64,000 bases of DNA from Octopus vulgaris (GCA_951406725.2 OX597815.1:133920001-133984000), one strand, 5' to 3'; counted from the first letter of the stretch, positions 25,358 through 39,196 are shown. The notes: generated by a model from the sequence alone, not told the origin. A program made the numbers and translations.

Positions 25358-26412
25358 ATGGGATTCCAAACAGCTTTTGTCCACTAAAATCACTCATAAA
25401 GAACTTGCTGGGTAGGGACTTTAGTAGAAGACACTTGCTCATGATGTCATGCAACAAGAGTGAATCACATGGTTGCCAAAGCAGCTTCCTAAACCCACAG
25501 TCATACCTGCTGGTTACTATTTCTAACAGGTCTAATTACTACATAGAGGTTCTCTTACTGGTTCATGAAATGTATTATTTGTATACTTTCTGAAGGCAAT
25601 GGCCTCCAATGACACCACTGGTGCCAAACCATATTGGTTCCTGCCTTTCCCTTAGACAACATCAACATCATGGAGAGGGCTAATATGCTTCATGTGTATC
25701 TCTTGATATTCTACTGACAGAAAATCCTTGGCCCATATAGGCATGGGCCGTACCCTGATTCCAGGTTATGGCCCATGCCCATACCCTGGAAAAGAACTTC
25801 TAGATGCAGACACATGGTCAAGTCTAAATAATGGAGGTCTTGGGGACTTGATGTAATTTCTGTCCATTAGCTACAGTGTTTTGTCTGAATTTTATTCCTT
25901 TATTGGTTTTAGTGATTGGACTGAAGCCTTGTTGGGAGTGCTGATTCCAAGATTTTTTACCTTTTTATTCAAACGTAGTGTATCAAGGACTACATTATCT
26001 AATGTTTCCTTTCATGAAAGAAATTCTACCTCAGAGCTTTTTTCAATGCGATATTTATTTTATTGGTTTGTCTTGAATAGTTAAGTTCTACCATTTGGTA
26101 GAAAGGGATGTAACTTGACACACCACCTTACACCAGTATTTATATATTCAGTGTTCATCATTTAGACTGGTTACATTGTGTGTGTGTGATTAATGGTATA
26201 AAACAATGTGTCAATTTGCATCCCTTTATGCTAAATAATAAACCTCAAGCATTCAGTAGTACAAATGGTGAGAGATGACAGAGATGGTTGAGTGAATAAA
26301 TTAAATGAATTATTGAGCAGCCAGTTAAGAAGTTGGCTAATTCATATGCTGGGACTAGTTTTTTTTTTTTTCAATTCATAAATATTTTTTTTTTTTTCAG
26401 TTCATAAATATT

Positions 26413-26624
26413 CTTTTCTACTCTAGGCACAAGGCCCAAAATTTTTGGGGAAAGGGCCAGCCAATTAGATTGACCCCAGTACACAACTGGTACTTAATTT
26501 ATCGACCCTGAAAGGATGAAAGGCAAAATCAACCTTGGCAGAATTTGAAATCAGAACATAAAGACAGATGAAATACCGCTAAGCATTTCGACTGTCATGC
26601 TAACATTTCTGTCAGCTCGCCACC
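26413..26624 (-). mobile_element. Meta/MESC-like SINE with TSD
   Basis: Family match; tttca(a/g)ttcataaatatt on both flanks. Confidence 0.85.
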
Positions 26625-27154
26625 TTTCAATTCATAAATATTATCAGGTATATGACTCAGTCCATATAACTGATAAGTATCACAGGATAAGAAACATGTC
26701 ATTGCACTTTGTAACAACTGCACAGTAAAACTGGAAAGTTGTTTGTCAGCTTGCAGGCAACAAACTGATTGAGTCAATTAGTGTTGGATAGATTATTTTA
26801 AGGTATTTGTTCCAACTTTCTATATTCTAAGTTCAAATCCTGCTGAGGTCAACTTTGCCTTTCATCAGTTTGGGATTGCTAAATATACCAATCCTCTGGA
26901 CAGTGGATTGGTAAACTCTAAGAATTTGGACCAGATAATTTTCCCTGTTAGTTTTAACTCTTTGCATACTGAGTTTATATCCTGCCATGGCCTACTTTAG
27001 GTAGAAAACTTAAACCATTACCTAGTTAAACACCATCACCTGGTACCTTGGGTGATTTAACAGCATCCACTTCATTGCAGGCATTGAGGCTAGGTCACCC
27101 CTTTTGGGGGTACCTTCCTCTGTCACTCCCACTAATCTTGGAGACCCTGCAAAG

Positions 27155-27948
27155 CAATGGTTCTCAACTAGGGTCCATATAAGAATTTTAGGGGTCCAAG
27201 CCAACAAAATAGTAAATTAGAGGCCCACAGTAGTATTTTAAAGGGCCATGAAAAAATTTTTGCTTTGGATGCAGTTATTGCAGGGAACAGCAAGGTTTCT
27301 TTAACATTTTGTATAATTCAACATGTTTCCACTGGCCACGGAAACGTTTTCTTAGAGAGTGTTATGGCAAACCTACACAAGTGAATGTGGAAAAAAACAA
27401 TAGGCGCAGGAGTGGCTGTGTGGTAAGTAGCTTGCTAAACAACCACATGGTTCCGGGTTCAGTCCCACTGCGTGGCATCTTGGGCAAGTGTCTTCTGCTA
27501 TAGCCCCGGGCCGACCAATGCCTTGTGAGTGGATTTGGTAGACGGAAACTGAAAGAAGCCTGTCGTATATATGTATATATATATATGTATGTGTGTGTGT
27601 TTGTGTGTCTGTGTTTGTCCCCCTAGCATTGCTTGACAACCGATGCTGGTGTGTTTACGTCCCCGTCACTTAGCGGTTTGGCAAAAGAGACTGATAGAAT
27701 AAGTACTGGGCTTACAAAGATTAAGTCCCGGGGTCGATTTGCTCGACTAAAGGCGGTGCTCCAGCATGGCCACAGTCAAATGACTGAAACAAGTAAAAGA
27801 GTAAAAGAGTAAAGAGTAAAAAGAGAATAGAGAATTCTTAAATAACTAACTATAAAACTAGTTTTAAACATCAAATGGTTATGGGGGTCCACAAGATGAA
27901 AATAGTAATCAAAGGGGTTCATAGATAAAAAATGGTTGAGAACTACTG
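27155..27948. mobile_element. hAT (Charlie-like) MITE hosting a SINE
   Basis: TIRs caatggttctcaac and gttgagaactactg; imperfect 8-bp TSD ctgcaaag / ttgtaaag; gggtcc subterminal repeats. Confidence 0.8.
27403..27825 (+). mobile_element. Full-length young CORE-type tRNA SINE with internal (TA)n(TG)n
   Basis: ggcgcaggagtggctgtgtggtaag (A-box), gggttcagtccc (B-box), cttgggcaagtgtctt (CORE-like), internal microsatellite, tail (gtaaaaga)n; CpGs retained. Confidence 0.9.
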
Positions 27949-28146
27949 TTGTAAAGGCTCATGGGCCTTCCGTTCTGACTAAAAGTAAATAAAAACATTG
28001 AATTCATCTTCTGTGGGTATAGTTCAGAGATGGATAGGCTCTGTATCAAGCTGATTTATCCAAATACCTACATGAAGATAGTGGCTTCTATACAGAAATA
28101 CTATTTCACTATTTGTTCTGTGAATTTTTATAGATATTGTTTTTGT

Positions 28147-28194
<48 letters not shown>

Positions 28195-28545
28195 TTATTT
28201 ATTTATTTATCTATTTATTTCTGAATTACATTTTGTTCCTTTCTATCATTACCTTCAGCACTCTATACTTGTATGCTGAAATATGGCATTTGGCTATAAT
28301 ATGAAAAATAACTTGATATTTCCTGTTCATACAATACCATCATAATATGGAACCTCACTTGAAATTCTTATGGATTTTTAATAAAATTGACTGTACTAGC
28401 CATCAGATGCACTCTGAAACACATGAATATTTTGTTATTAAATGTTATTTATTTGTCTCAGTGATAAGATTGTTAACTCTGTCGAAACTTTCTAATGCCT
28501 AAGAAACCACCTATTTTGATATTGAACATCTTTTCTTGTGTATGT

Positions 28546-28594
<49 letters not shown>

Positions 28595-29934
28595 TATACA
28601 TGTGGATGTGTGTCTGTGTGTGTGTCTTTTGCCAATGTACATCAGTGGAAGATGTTCACATCAGTGAGAAAAACCAATAAAACTGGTGCGTTTGAACCAA
28701 AAATACCTGGTATTTATTCTGCCTGAGTTGCCCAAACACTTTCTTGTCAATCTTACAATCGGAAATGCAGTGGAACAGTGATTGGTTCAGCATTGGAAAC
28801 CCATAACTAACAATGTTATTGTTCATGAAACTCATGATATAAATTTTATAAAAATAACACACATATTACAGCTACCTAATATTAGTACTACACTTACAGT
28901 AATAAAATATCATCAAAATAACTATCATCATCATCATCATTTAATGTCCACTTTTTCATGCTTGCATGAGTTAGGCAGAATTTGTTGAGGCAGAATTTCT
29001 GTAGCTGGATACCCTTCCTGTTGTGAATCCTCCTCCTCTGTTTCCTATTAATGTAACACTTCCTCATAGCCAGACATGTTTTTCTACAGAAGACTGGAAG
29101 CAAATGACATTGCTTGTGTAACTGTGATACTTTTATCTTTTATCTGTTTCGGTCATTTAGACTGTGGCCATGCTGGGGCACCACCTTGAAGAGCTTTTAG
29201 TCTAATTAATTTTCTCTTTTTTTTAAAGCTTGGTACCTATTCTCTTGATCTCTTTTTATCAAACTGTTTAGTTACGGAGGGTGGGGAGAGGGACACAAGC
29301 ATAAACACACATAAACACTGGTTGTCAAGTGATGGTGTGGGATAAACACGACCACAAAGACACACACACACATATATATATGACAAACTTCTTTCAGTTT
29401 CCATCTACCAAATCCATTCTCAAGGCTTTGGAGCCATGCAATGGGACTGAACCTAAAACCATGTGGTTGAGAAGCAGACTTCTTACCGCATGGCCACACC
29501 TGCACCTTGTTTACAATCATCACATGACATCAGAACAAGGGAACACATGCATACCTTCAAGGGATGCCCAAGAATGGCTGCAGTTCGATGGTTAAAAGAA
29601 ACAAAAGAAAGAAAGAATAAAACAAACACTTCATGATCAGGCAAGAGAACATCAATTTGCTCAGTGTCTCCTAGAAAAAACACCCAAACCTTCCTCAAAT
29701 CACACTATTTTCTTTAAAAAGGGGTGGAGGCTACTGAAAAATAAGCAAGAAGTAGAGATGGTCACTACTAAAACATCTTTGATCATTGTCCTGCTTGCTT
29801 GATCAGGGCTGGCTGGGTTTAAATAACAAGTATATACCAGAGATTGATAAATATAATCTGCTTATACCTTTAAAATTAGTGCTCCAGTATGGTCGCAATC
29901 CAGTGACTGAAACCAGTGAAATGAAAATAAGACT

Positions 29935-29972
<38 letters not shown>

Positions 29973-30557
29973 AGGAAATTAAAAAAAGAAATTAACATGA
30001 GGTAAGGGGTTGGAAAAGGAAGTGTTTAAATTCCTAAAATTTGTGTTGAGTAATTGGATGTAGTGAAAAATGATCTTGACTTTATATGGAGATGTAAAAG
30101 AAAAAAACAGTGTGTGGGCGACAGAATGGAGATATGGAAATTTAAATAAATAAAATATAAAATAAAAATACAAGTAAAAATTTTTAAAAAAGCCCCACGA
30201 TGGCTGTAGGAATTTAAACTAGTTTCAGTGATAGCAGGAGAAGGGATTGAAGACATAAAGGAGGCAGAAAATATCTAAATTAAGATTCCCTGATTGGGGC
30301 AATAGTGATGGAGTTGGTAATGATGGTGGTGGTGGTGGTGGTGGTGGTGAGTAACTTTCTGGAACAGATGTTGTTAAATGGTTTGAGGTTGTTAAAGCAT
30401 AATTATGGATTCAACCCTTACAAGCTAGCCCCCCTTTTTCAGCCCCACCCCCCTGTTGCTATTCGAATGGAAATGATTAGAAGATGGGGTGGAGGGATGG
30501 AAGTGATGCAAATTTTAAACTAATTTCAGTTATTTTGGTAGTCATTTTTTGGTGACT

Positions 30558-30597
<40 letters not shown>

Positions 30598-30629
30598 AAT
30601 GTAATGATTTTATATTTGGGCATACACCT

Positions 30630-31795
30630 TGTAGTGTTGTTCACAGTGAACAAGAACGAAGGTACTTTTTGACAAGTCACCTGGGGAGACACATCTGCAC
30701 ATATGATGCATCCGATTTCATTAGGGTTGCCTCTCAACTTCTCCAACTTCTGCAGCAGTGGCTCGAGAGCCAAACATACAGGAGTGGAGACAAGGGACAT
30801 CCTTGACGAACTGAACGCTTGATCGAAAACGGCTCCGTTAGGTAACCGTTTATCTGGACTGTGGACTTGATGCTGCTGTACATAGTGGAGATCCACCTGT
30901 GAAAACCAGGGTTCAGCCCAGCCACTTCGAGAACCACCGCCAGGTACTGATGGTCTACCCTATCGAATACTTTACTTTGGTCTAAATGGACCAATGCCCC
31001 TCCTTTGCCGGCTAATTTCCCAACCCTGTCTATAGTGTAGCGGAGAAGGTGAAGATTATCCTAGATCGACCTGCCTGGGATTGCACATGTCTGTGCCTTT
31101 CCAACAAGTTTCTCCACGACAGCTGTCAACCTTTTTGCTAACACCTTGGCCAAAATCTTTAACTCTACATTAAGTAGTGTTATGGGCCTATAATTACTAA
31201 TACTATCCCTCTTGCTCGGGTCTTTCTGGACCAGCATCACAACTCCCTGGCTTACAGAACTGGGAATCCTCCCATTCTGTTGCCAGTTTGCATAGACGCC
31301 TGCCAGTATATCCCCAAACAAGTCCGGCATACAACAATAAAACTCATAGGGCAAACCGTCCAGCCCCAGCGACTTTTCCCACTCGGCTAAAACCTCTCTT
31401 ACCTCTGCGGGAGTGATTGGTCCGTCACTGCATTCTGCCTCACGTGCCGAGAGTCGAGGCCCACCAGCTAGGAAGTCCTTTAAGGCCTCCCCTCGCCCAA
31501 GCAGACCACTCTCTCCGAACAACTGGGCGAAATGCTGGTGAAAGACCTTCTGCATCTCCTCCTGTCCATAGATCTTGTGTCCCTGTTCATCAGTTAAAGA
31601 CTTAATAGAGGACTTTTTGTCCTTCTGACTCTCCTCACGATGTGCCCATCCGGCAACATTAATACTTTTTTGTTTCCCTGCATGTAGCTTAGCTCTGACT
31701 CTACACCCTTCATGCTTGGCGTTGAGGTGATGGTACAAGACCATTCTCGCTGCCAACACTCTAGATGCACAGCCAGATTCCATTGTCTGATAGAC
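30630..31795 (-). mobile_element. L1/Tx1-clade LINE ORF2 (RT) fragment, pseudogenised
   Basis: ORFs 31061-31783 and 30734-30994: KSLGLDGLPYEFY, NYRPITLLNVELKILAKVLAKRL, QTCAIPGRSI*DNL, LDQSKVFDRVDH, SVRQGCPLSPLLY, decayed CADV; in-frame stop and frameshift. Confidence 0.92.
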
Positions 31796-32716
31796 AATGG
31801 AATCTTATCTCACTTTCTAGTTATAATATAGTCTATCAGGTACCATTGTTTTGAGATTCAGCTCAGAATACATCTGTAACAAAAGTAAGCCATTGCTATT
31901 ACAATTTCCCACTCTGTGTCTTCCAATCACACCCCATGGTCGTGATCTTTACCAACTCTAGTATTAAAATCGCCCAATATGATAATCTTATCCTTATGTA
32001 GAATTTTGTGGATATTTTCCTTCAGTACATCATAAAAGGAGAGCTTTTCATTTTCACTTGTATTCATAGTTGGTGCATAAACACTACCAACCTTTCTTTT
32101 AAGGCAACCTCAGCAATATCATTCTATCATTTACAAAATATAAAATCAGCAGCAACAGCAACATTTTAATGTTCTCTTTATCTATGCTTGCATAGGTTAA
32201 ACTGAATTCTTTGAGGCAGACTTTCTACAGCTAGATGCCCTTCCTGTCACCAGCCTCACCTATTTCCAAGCGAGATAATATTTCCCCATGGTCAGACAAG
32301 TTTTCCACAGAGAACTGTAAATAAATATTACTTGTATAACAGTGATGCTTTTTACAACCATCATGTGATATCAAAACAACAGTGCACACACACACACACA
32401 AATTATATATATATGACTAGCTTCTTTCAGTTTCTCTCAACCAGGTCCACTCACAAGGCTTTGGGCAACCCACAGCTATTGCAGAAGACATTCGAACCTC
32501 AGACCACATGGATGGGAAGCAAGCTTCTTAACCACAGAGGCCTCACCTGAACATATTTGTGTATGCATGTGAGAGAGAGAGAGAGAGTGTGTGTTCTATC
32601 TTTTCCTATGTGAAATGGAAAGAAAAGCCTTGGAATATAGGGATGATTCTGTATCTATGTGCTTGTACGTGTGTATCTGTGGAGTGGATGTGCTTTTTCT
32701 GTATGTGTGTATATAT

Positions 32717-33108
32717 ACTCTTACTCTTTACTCTTTTACTTGTTTCAGTCATTTGACTGCGGCCATGCTGGAGCACCACCTTTAATCGAGCAACTCGACC
32801 CCGGGACTTATTCTTTTGTAAGCCCAGTACTTATTCCATCGGTCTCTTTTGCCAAACCGCTAAGTAACGGGGACATAAACACACCAGCATCGGTTGTCAA
32901 GCAATGCTAGGGGGACAAACACACACATGCATATATATACATATATACGATGGGCTTCTTTCAGTTTCCGTCTCCCAAATCCACTCACAAGGCTTTGGTC
33001 GGCCCGAGGCTATAGTAGAAGACACTTGCCCAAGGTGCCACACAGTGTGACTGAACCCGGAACCATGTGGCTGGTAAACAAGCTACTTACCACACAGCCA
33101 CTCCTGCA

Positions 33109-33110
<2 letters not shown>
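32717..33110 (-). mobile_element. Full-length young CORE-type tRNA SINE
   Basis: Close reverse-complement match to 27403-27825 over its whole length. Confidence 0.9.
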
Positions 33111-33143
<33 letters not shown>

Positions 33144-33718
33144 TTTTCTGTGTGAGTATTTATGGAGTCTATGTGCTTGTATATGTGTATGTGTGTGTTT
33201 ATGGTGTCTATGTGCTTGCAAATGTGTGTGTGTTCATGGAGTGTATGTGTTTGTGTTTGACACTGTTTGTGGGGTGTATGTTCTTGTATGTGTTTGTGAA
33301 GTGTATGAGCTAGTCTGTGTGTGTTTGACTGTTTCTTGATAGATTTTGACTTGAAATAAATAAATTAGAATGAAGTCAGATGAATGTGTTTAACTTTAGC
33401 TTACTTAATAATTCATTGTTGTATAGGCTATTGTCAGATGATAGAGAGACAGAAAAGCAATAGATAAGGAGATGGGAGTGTGGTGGAGAACACTCGGCAG
33501 TGTAAAGAGAAATATGTGTATGCACAGGCATGTGTGTGTGTATTTATGCATACATACAGAGAGAGAGAGAGAGAGAGAGAGCGTATGAAGGGCTAAGTGT
33601 GAAAGTGAAAGGGCATGATAAAGTGTGTGAGTGAGTGTGTATGAGTGAAAAAATGTGTGTATAAATGCAATAGGTAGACAGATATATATATACATACACA
33701 CACACTCACACACACACA

Positions 33719-33774
<56 letters not shown>

Positions 33775-33952
33775 TACATACATACATACACATATATATA
33801 TAGAGAGAGAGAGAGAGATAGAGAGAGTAGAAATTTTTCTGTTCTCTTGTAACATTAAATCTTGTCTTAAAATTTTTGATACCTTCATAAAATATAATCT
33901 GTTATTTTTAGCCCATCTTTTATTTTTGGTTCATTTGTTCTTGGTTCTTCAG

Positions 33953-33970
33953 AAATAATCAAAGAATGAG
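33953..33970 (+). other. Candidate 18-nt microexon
   Basis: ttcatttgttcttggttcttcag|AAATAATCAAAGAATGAG|gtaaga; open only in phase 2 (xNNQRMx). Confidence 0.35.
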
Positions 33971-34339
33971 GTAAGAGATTCCCTTCTCTGGAAAACATTA
34001 TTCCTAGAAATTTCACTTCAATTTCCTTTCTTTTATCCTTTCCACAACAGCAGACCACATCATAAAGGTCTTACCATTATTCTTATTACTTTTGACCTAA
34101 TATCCAACCATTGTTTTTGATTCTTTGTTTGCTTTACTTTTTCTTTTATTTTGCCAAGAGATAGTTAAAAGAAGGAAAGAATTCTATGAAATTTCCATAT
34201 AAATATAGGAAATGAGATTCTTAGCTTGTCTTCTCACCTGTAAAGAGTCAGCTTCAGATTTAAAAAGAGCTCTTTAGCTTTCAAAGGGAATGTCCAGTAG
34301 TGTTCATAACTAAAAGAATATTTCATATGTTGTCTTCAT

Positions 34340-35088
34340 AACTTCATTAGTGCACGCACACACACACAATTTATGTACTTTTTTTCTATATATTTATGGA
34401 TGTACAAAGACAGTCACTCCTAGAATATCTTTAATTATATGTCTGCTTGTTATTTACCTGATCTCAGGTAAATAACAAGTGTTTTGTTAGCTTGCAGTGC
34501 TGAGTTCAATTCCAGTTGTGGAGTAAAAGTTATCAGTTATAGATTGACATATGTTCAAGGAGTAGATCTATCTCTTATCGATTTATACCTATCGAAACCC
34601 AAATATAAATGCACACACACATGTGTATGTGTGTATAAAATAATTAACAACAGTTTGATTTAACTCCATGTAATTTAGTTTCATAGCTATGAAATGAGCC
34701 TATAAAACGTTTGTTGGTAGGTGAAGTGACATGAACACTGCTCAAAGTTGGCAACTTTCATAGAGCACAAACGTAAACAAAGACACAGCCGTCCACACAC
34801 ACATACATACGTGTGTGTGTGTGTGTACTGGCTGCTTTTTGTTTCTGTCCACCAAATTAACTAACAAGGTTTTGGGGCAGCCTAGGGCTGTGGTAGCAGA
34901 CACTTGCCCAAGGGGCTGTAGAACTGAACCTCAAACTTCATTAGTGCGCACACACACATACACACACACAAATTTATGTACTTTTTTTTTATATCTATAT
35001 TTATGGATGTACAAAGACAGTCACTCCCAGAATATCTTTAATTATATATCTGCTTGTTATTTACCTGATCTCAGGTAAATAACAAGCA
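34340..35088. repeat. Direct duplication of a ~140-bp module (34340-34479, 34934-35088) ending in a palindrome
   Basis: aacttcattagtgc...atttatggatgtacaaagacagtcactcc.agaatatctttaattatat.tctgcttgttatttacctgatctcaggtaaataacaag occurs twice. Confidence 0.92.
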
Positions 35089-36354
35089 ATTTTAGGAAGA
35101 AAATTTTTTAACTACATCTCCATACTAGTGGTACTGTTCATGTATGTGTGCACATGTGCTTGCTTGTTCATCTCTGTGAATTATAGCTGCAAATCGTGGC
35201 ATCTCTATTTGTGACTGGACTACAACAGGAGACATTTGTCGACATGCTTTGTCAGCATATTGTCCTCTAGCTCTGCACTTTCAAATTGATCTTGAATAAG
35301 TCCCTTACTCAAAAGCACATAAGAGTTAGTGCCTGGGTGAGCATCTAACTGTAAAATCCTGTCTCTTCAACTGCCTCCTGTCTAAGCCAGGCTAGCACGG
35401 AAACACAAGTGTTACATGAAACAGCTGGATGTACGAGATATATGCATATCCTCATGCCCAGGCATGTTTTCATGAAAGATAGGTAATAAATGACACCTTG
35501 TATATGACAGCGACACTTGTTTACAACATTCGCTCATCAAGACAAGGGCACACATACATTTGCATGTGTGTATGTATTCATATGATGGGATTCTTTCAGT
35601 TTCTATCTTCCAAATCTGCTCACAAGATTTTGGTTGGCTCAAAGCTATTGTAGAAGACATTTGCCCAAGATACCATGTGTGGCTGAGTAGTAATTTCCAC
35701 ACAGACGTATCTACAACAATGACAATAATTTTGGCACAATGACAGCAATTTTAAGTAGTCAAGGGGAAGTCAATTACTTCAACCCCAGTATTTGACTGGT
35801 ACTTTATTATATCAACCCTAAAAAGATGAAAGACAAAGTTGACCTCAGTAGGATTTGAACTTAGAATGTAAAGAGCCAGAAGAAATGCTACTATCATTTA
35901 TCCTGCATCCTAACAATTCTGTCAATCCATTTTCCTAATTGTGATGACGATGGTGGTGACAGTGGTGATGATGGTGGGGGTGGGGGTGATGGTGATGTAG
36001 TAGTAAAAGGCAATAAGTGAAAACTGAGAAACAACTATTAACAACCATCATGAATAAAACAACAAAAAACTGATTTTCTTATGTAAATATTTAGTTTTAA
36101 CGTAGTGTATAATGTTTATAATATTATAATTTGTGTGTGTAAACCTTGTTCTGGCTGTAATACTTTATATTGTGAGTTTTCCTCTATGTTGTTCTGAGAG
36201 GTTTTACAAAAGTTAAAAAGAAAGAGGAATGGTTCTTCATACATCTGAAAATATAATGTTATGATGTCTTGAAGAAAGCCTTGTTTTTAGTCCTCATGCC
36301 TATTATTGATCGAAATCCTTCTTCAATTCAGAAGTGTACATTTTTAGAATTGTG

Positions 36355-36425
<71 letters not shown>

Positions 36426-37984
36426 GAGAAGCAAAGAGAAAGAAAAGAAAAAAATTGCTTTAATTTTCATCATTTTTTTCTCTGTTTCTGTTTTGCATCT
36501 AAATTTTCCTGTTCCAGACTTTCAGATCCATGGATGAAAATATTGATTTCTAATATTGGCATGCAATGTTAGGCATTTTTATTTAAAAGGCATATAGTTC
36601 ATTGAATTATTCACAGTATATTACTGGTACTTATTTTTATTGGCCCTGGAAGAATGGAAGATAGTTATTTGAGGAGAGATTTGAACCCTGAAAGTGAAGG
36701 AATGTAATTAAAACGCATAAAGCATTTTGTTTGGGCAAGCGTCTTCTACTATAGCCCTAGATTAACCAAAGCTTTGTGAGTGGATTTGGTAGATGGAAAA
36801 TGAGAGAAGTCCATTGTGTGTGTGCATGTGTGAGTACATGTATATGTTTGGCTTTTGGCTCAGGTATGGCTGTGTGGTTAAGAAGTTTGCTTTGCAACCA
36901 CATAGTTTTGGGCTCAGTCCCACTTTATGGCATCTTGAGCAAGCATCTTCTACTACAGCCTTGAGGCAACCAAAGCTTTGTAAACCTATTTGGGACTACA
37001 TTGTTCACTGTCATCATCATCATCTGTATCCTTCTTTATTTAAAACAGAAGGATGTAATCTGAAGGAGATGTAACTGCTGTTTCTAACAGGTTGATTGAC
37101 CACATGAAAGCTTTCTTGCTAGTTCAAAAAGTTCTATTCTGGTTGATTATAAAGAGTCTCTTCTATCTGTAAAGTATCACACAGACCATGAAACTACAGT
37201 CCTGTTAGAGTAACTACAGCTGTGATAATGATTTCTTAGACTGGTACAAAAGCATAAATTTTGTGGGGAGGGGAGAGTCAGCTATATGACTCAAGTACTT
37301 GACAGGTTCTTACATTATCAACTTCAGAAGGATGGAAAGCAATGTTGACTTTGGTGGAATTTGAACTCAGATTGTAAAAAAACAGAAAATGCCTTGCGGT
37401 ATTTGTTCTGGTTCTTTAGAATTTGGGTTCAAGGCATTTTGTTCAATGCTCTAATGATTGCTGCTTATCCCCTCACTTCTTACTACAGCCGTGATAGGGA
37501 AAGATTAACAATATCTGAAAAGGAAGGAAATAGATATGATTCATTAAATATGACATGAGAATTCTATGGCCTGAAGAACTGTAGATGTAGCTGAGAATTA
37601 ACCAAAAATGTAACAGATGTTTTCAAGGGAAAGTCTAAAGAATACAAAGTGTAGAATCACAGCTGGTTTAATTGATGGGGTGCCAGCTTACTTGGCTGAT
37701 GGGTCAACAGCTCATATCTCATCTCCCATCACTGCACTGCACTGTGCAGGAAAATATTATCTCTTAATACTCCAGTCTGTCTAGCAATAAACAGGTACCA
37801 TGGGGTGTATGGATCACTGCTGTTTCTCATTAGCTTGCAATACTGCGTTCATATCAACACCATGGGTTTAGTTTGGAGAGAAAGATGGGGACTACAATTT
37901 TGAGTTTACCTTATATGCACAACAATAGCAACTATTACACTATAATTTCTACCTGCTAGAAATAACAACCAAATCTTCCTTTAC

Positions 37985-38431
37985 TATTTTGATACCAGCC
38001 CACCTGAGCCCCACCCCTGGTTCTATGATACAAACTTCCTGTTTTAAAGTGATGTGAATTAAAACCTTCCATCAAAATTTCATGTTAATTTCTTTCAATA
38101 CCAAATGTTATAATACTTTCTACTAAAGGCACAAGGCCTGGGATTTTGGGGCAGGGGACTAGTCAATTACACATCAACCTCAGTGTTCTACTGGTACTTA
38201 TTATATTGGCCCCAAAAGGATGAAAGGCAAATTTGACCCCAGCAGAATTTGAACTTAGAACATAAAGAAGACAGACAAAATGCCGCTAAGCATTTTGCCC
38301 AGCATGCTAACAATTCTGCCAGCTCACTGCTTATCACCAAATGTAATAATGGCAAAGTTATTTTATGAAATACTTCATTATTTTCAAAATTATCTAAAAA
38401 AATTTTAACCAAAATATGATAGCAAAAAAGG
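37985..38431. mobile_element. piggyBac-type MITE interrupted by a minus-strand Meta-like SINE (~38115-38332)
   Basis: Homologous to 38632-38850 on both sides of the SINE; ends aaaagg-TTAA. Confidence 0.65.
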
Positions 38432-38631
38432 TTAAATGGCACTCTGTCATCTTAAAAAAGAAGCAAGGACACACTAGATAATGTAATCTAAGATACACTA
38501 TGTCCATATAGAGTTGGGGTGGTCTCAGCTAGAATATCTTGAGTCATAGGTCTGTTCAAACAAAGCTGACTTAGGGTTAAATAACAACATCAGCAACAAC
38601 TATAGTATGAATAAAAATGTAAATCACTTAA

Positions 38632-38850
38632 CCCTTTAGATACCAATCTGCTTGAAATTGCCCTTGGTTTTATGGCATAAATTCTATGTTTTAAAGTGAT
38701 CTAAATTAAAATCTTCTATTAAAATTTCATGTTAATTTATATTCCAAACTCTAGCTTAATAATAACAAAGATATTGTAATAAATTCATTATTTTCAAAAT
38801 TAATTGAAACAAAGCCAGTGTATTTCAACTGAAATATTATAACAAAAGAG
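38632..38850. mobile_element. piggyBac-type MITE (second family)
   Basis: TTAA-ccctttagatacc left end; decayed right end ataacaaaagag. Confidence 0.6.
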
Positions 38851-39196
38851 TAGCTCTCATTTCATGGTGTTGTATGAAACATAGATAAGTCTGCCGCTGG
38901 TTAAAATACTTGTCTGTTGCAGGTAATGTTCCCAAATAAATTGGTACCTATTCCTGAAACCAACATTAACCCAGAAATACAAAATGTCAGTAGTAGATTT
39001 GAACTCATGACTAATAACTTGTCACATCAACCACATTTAGCCCCTGGGAACTGAATCAATCAAGATGGTTCTAAATGGCGTGCAAGAATTAACTGCTAGA
39101 TCTCCCCTTCAAATTGCAACATCTTAAAAAGGAAGAACACGTTAGACAACGTAGTTCTAGATATGCAAAAGGATACTTTTGATCACAAATCTAGTC

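Noticed and set aside
28647-28709. Exon WKMFTSVRKTNKTGAFEPKIP
   Set aside because: Weak acceptor and weak gtattt donor; no recognisable homology.
31061-31783. Functional 240-aa protein gene
   Set aside because: Internal piece of a LINE ORF2 with a premature stop, downstream frameshift and decayed YADD motif.
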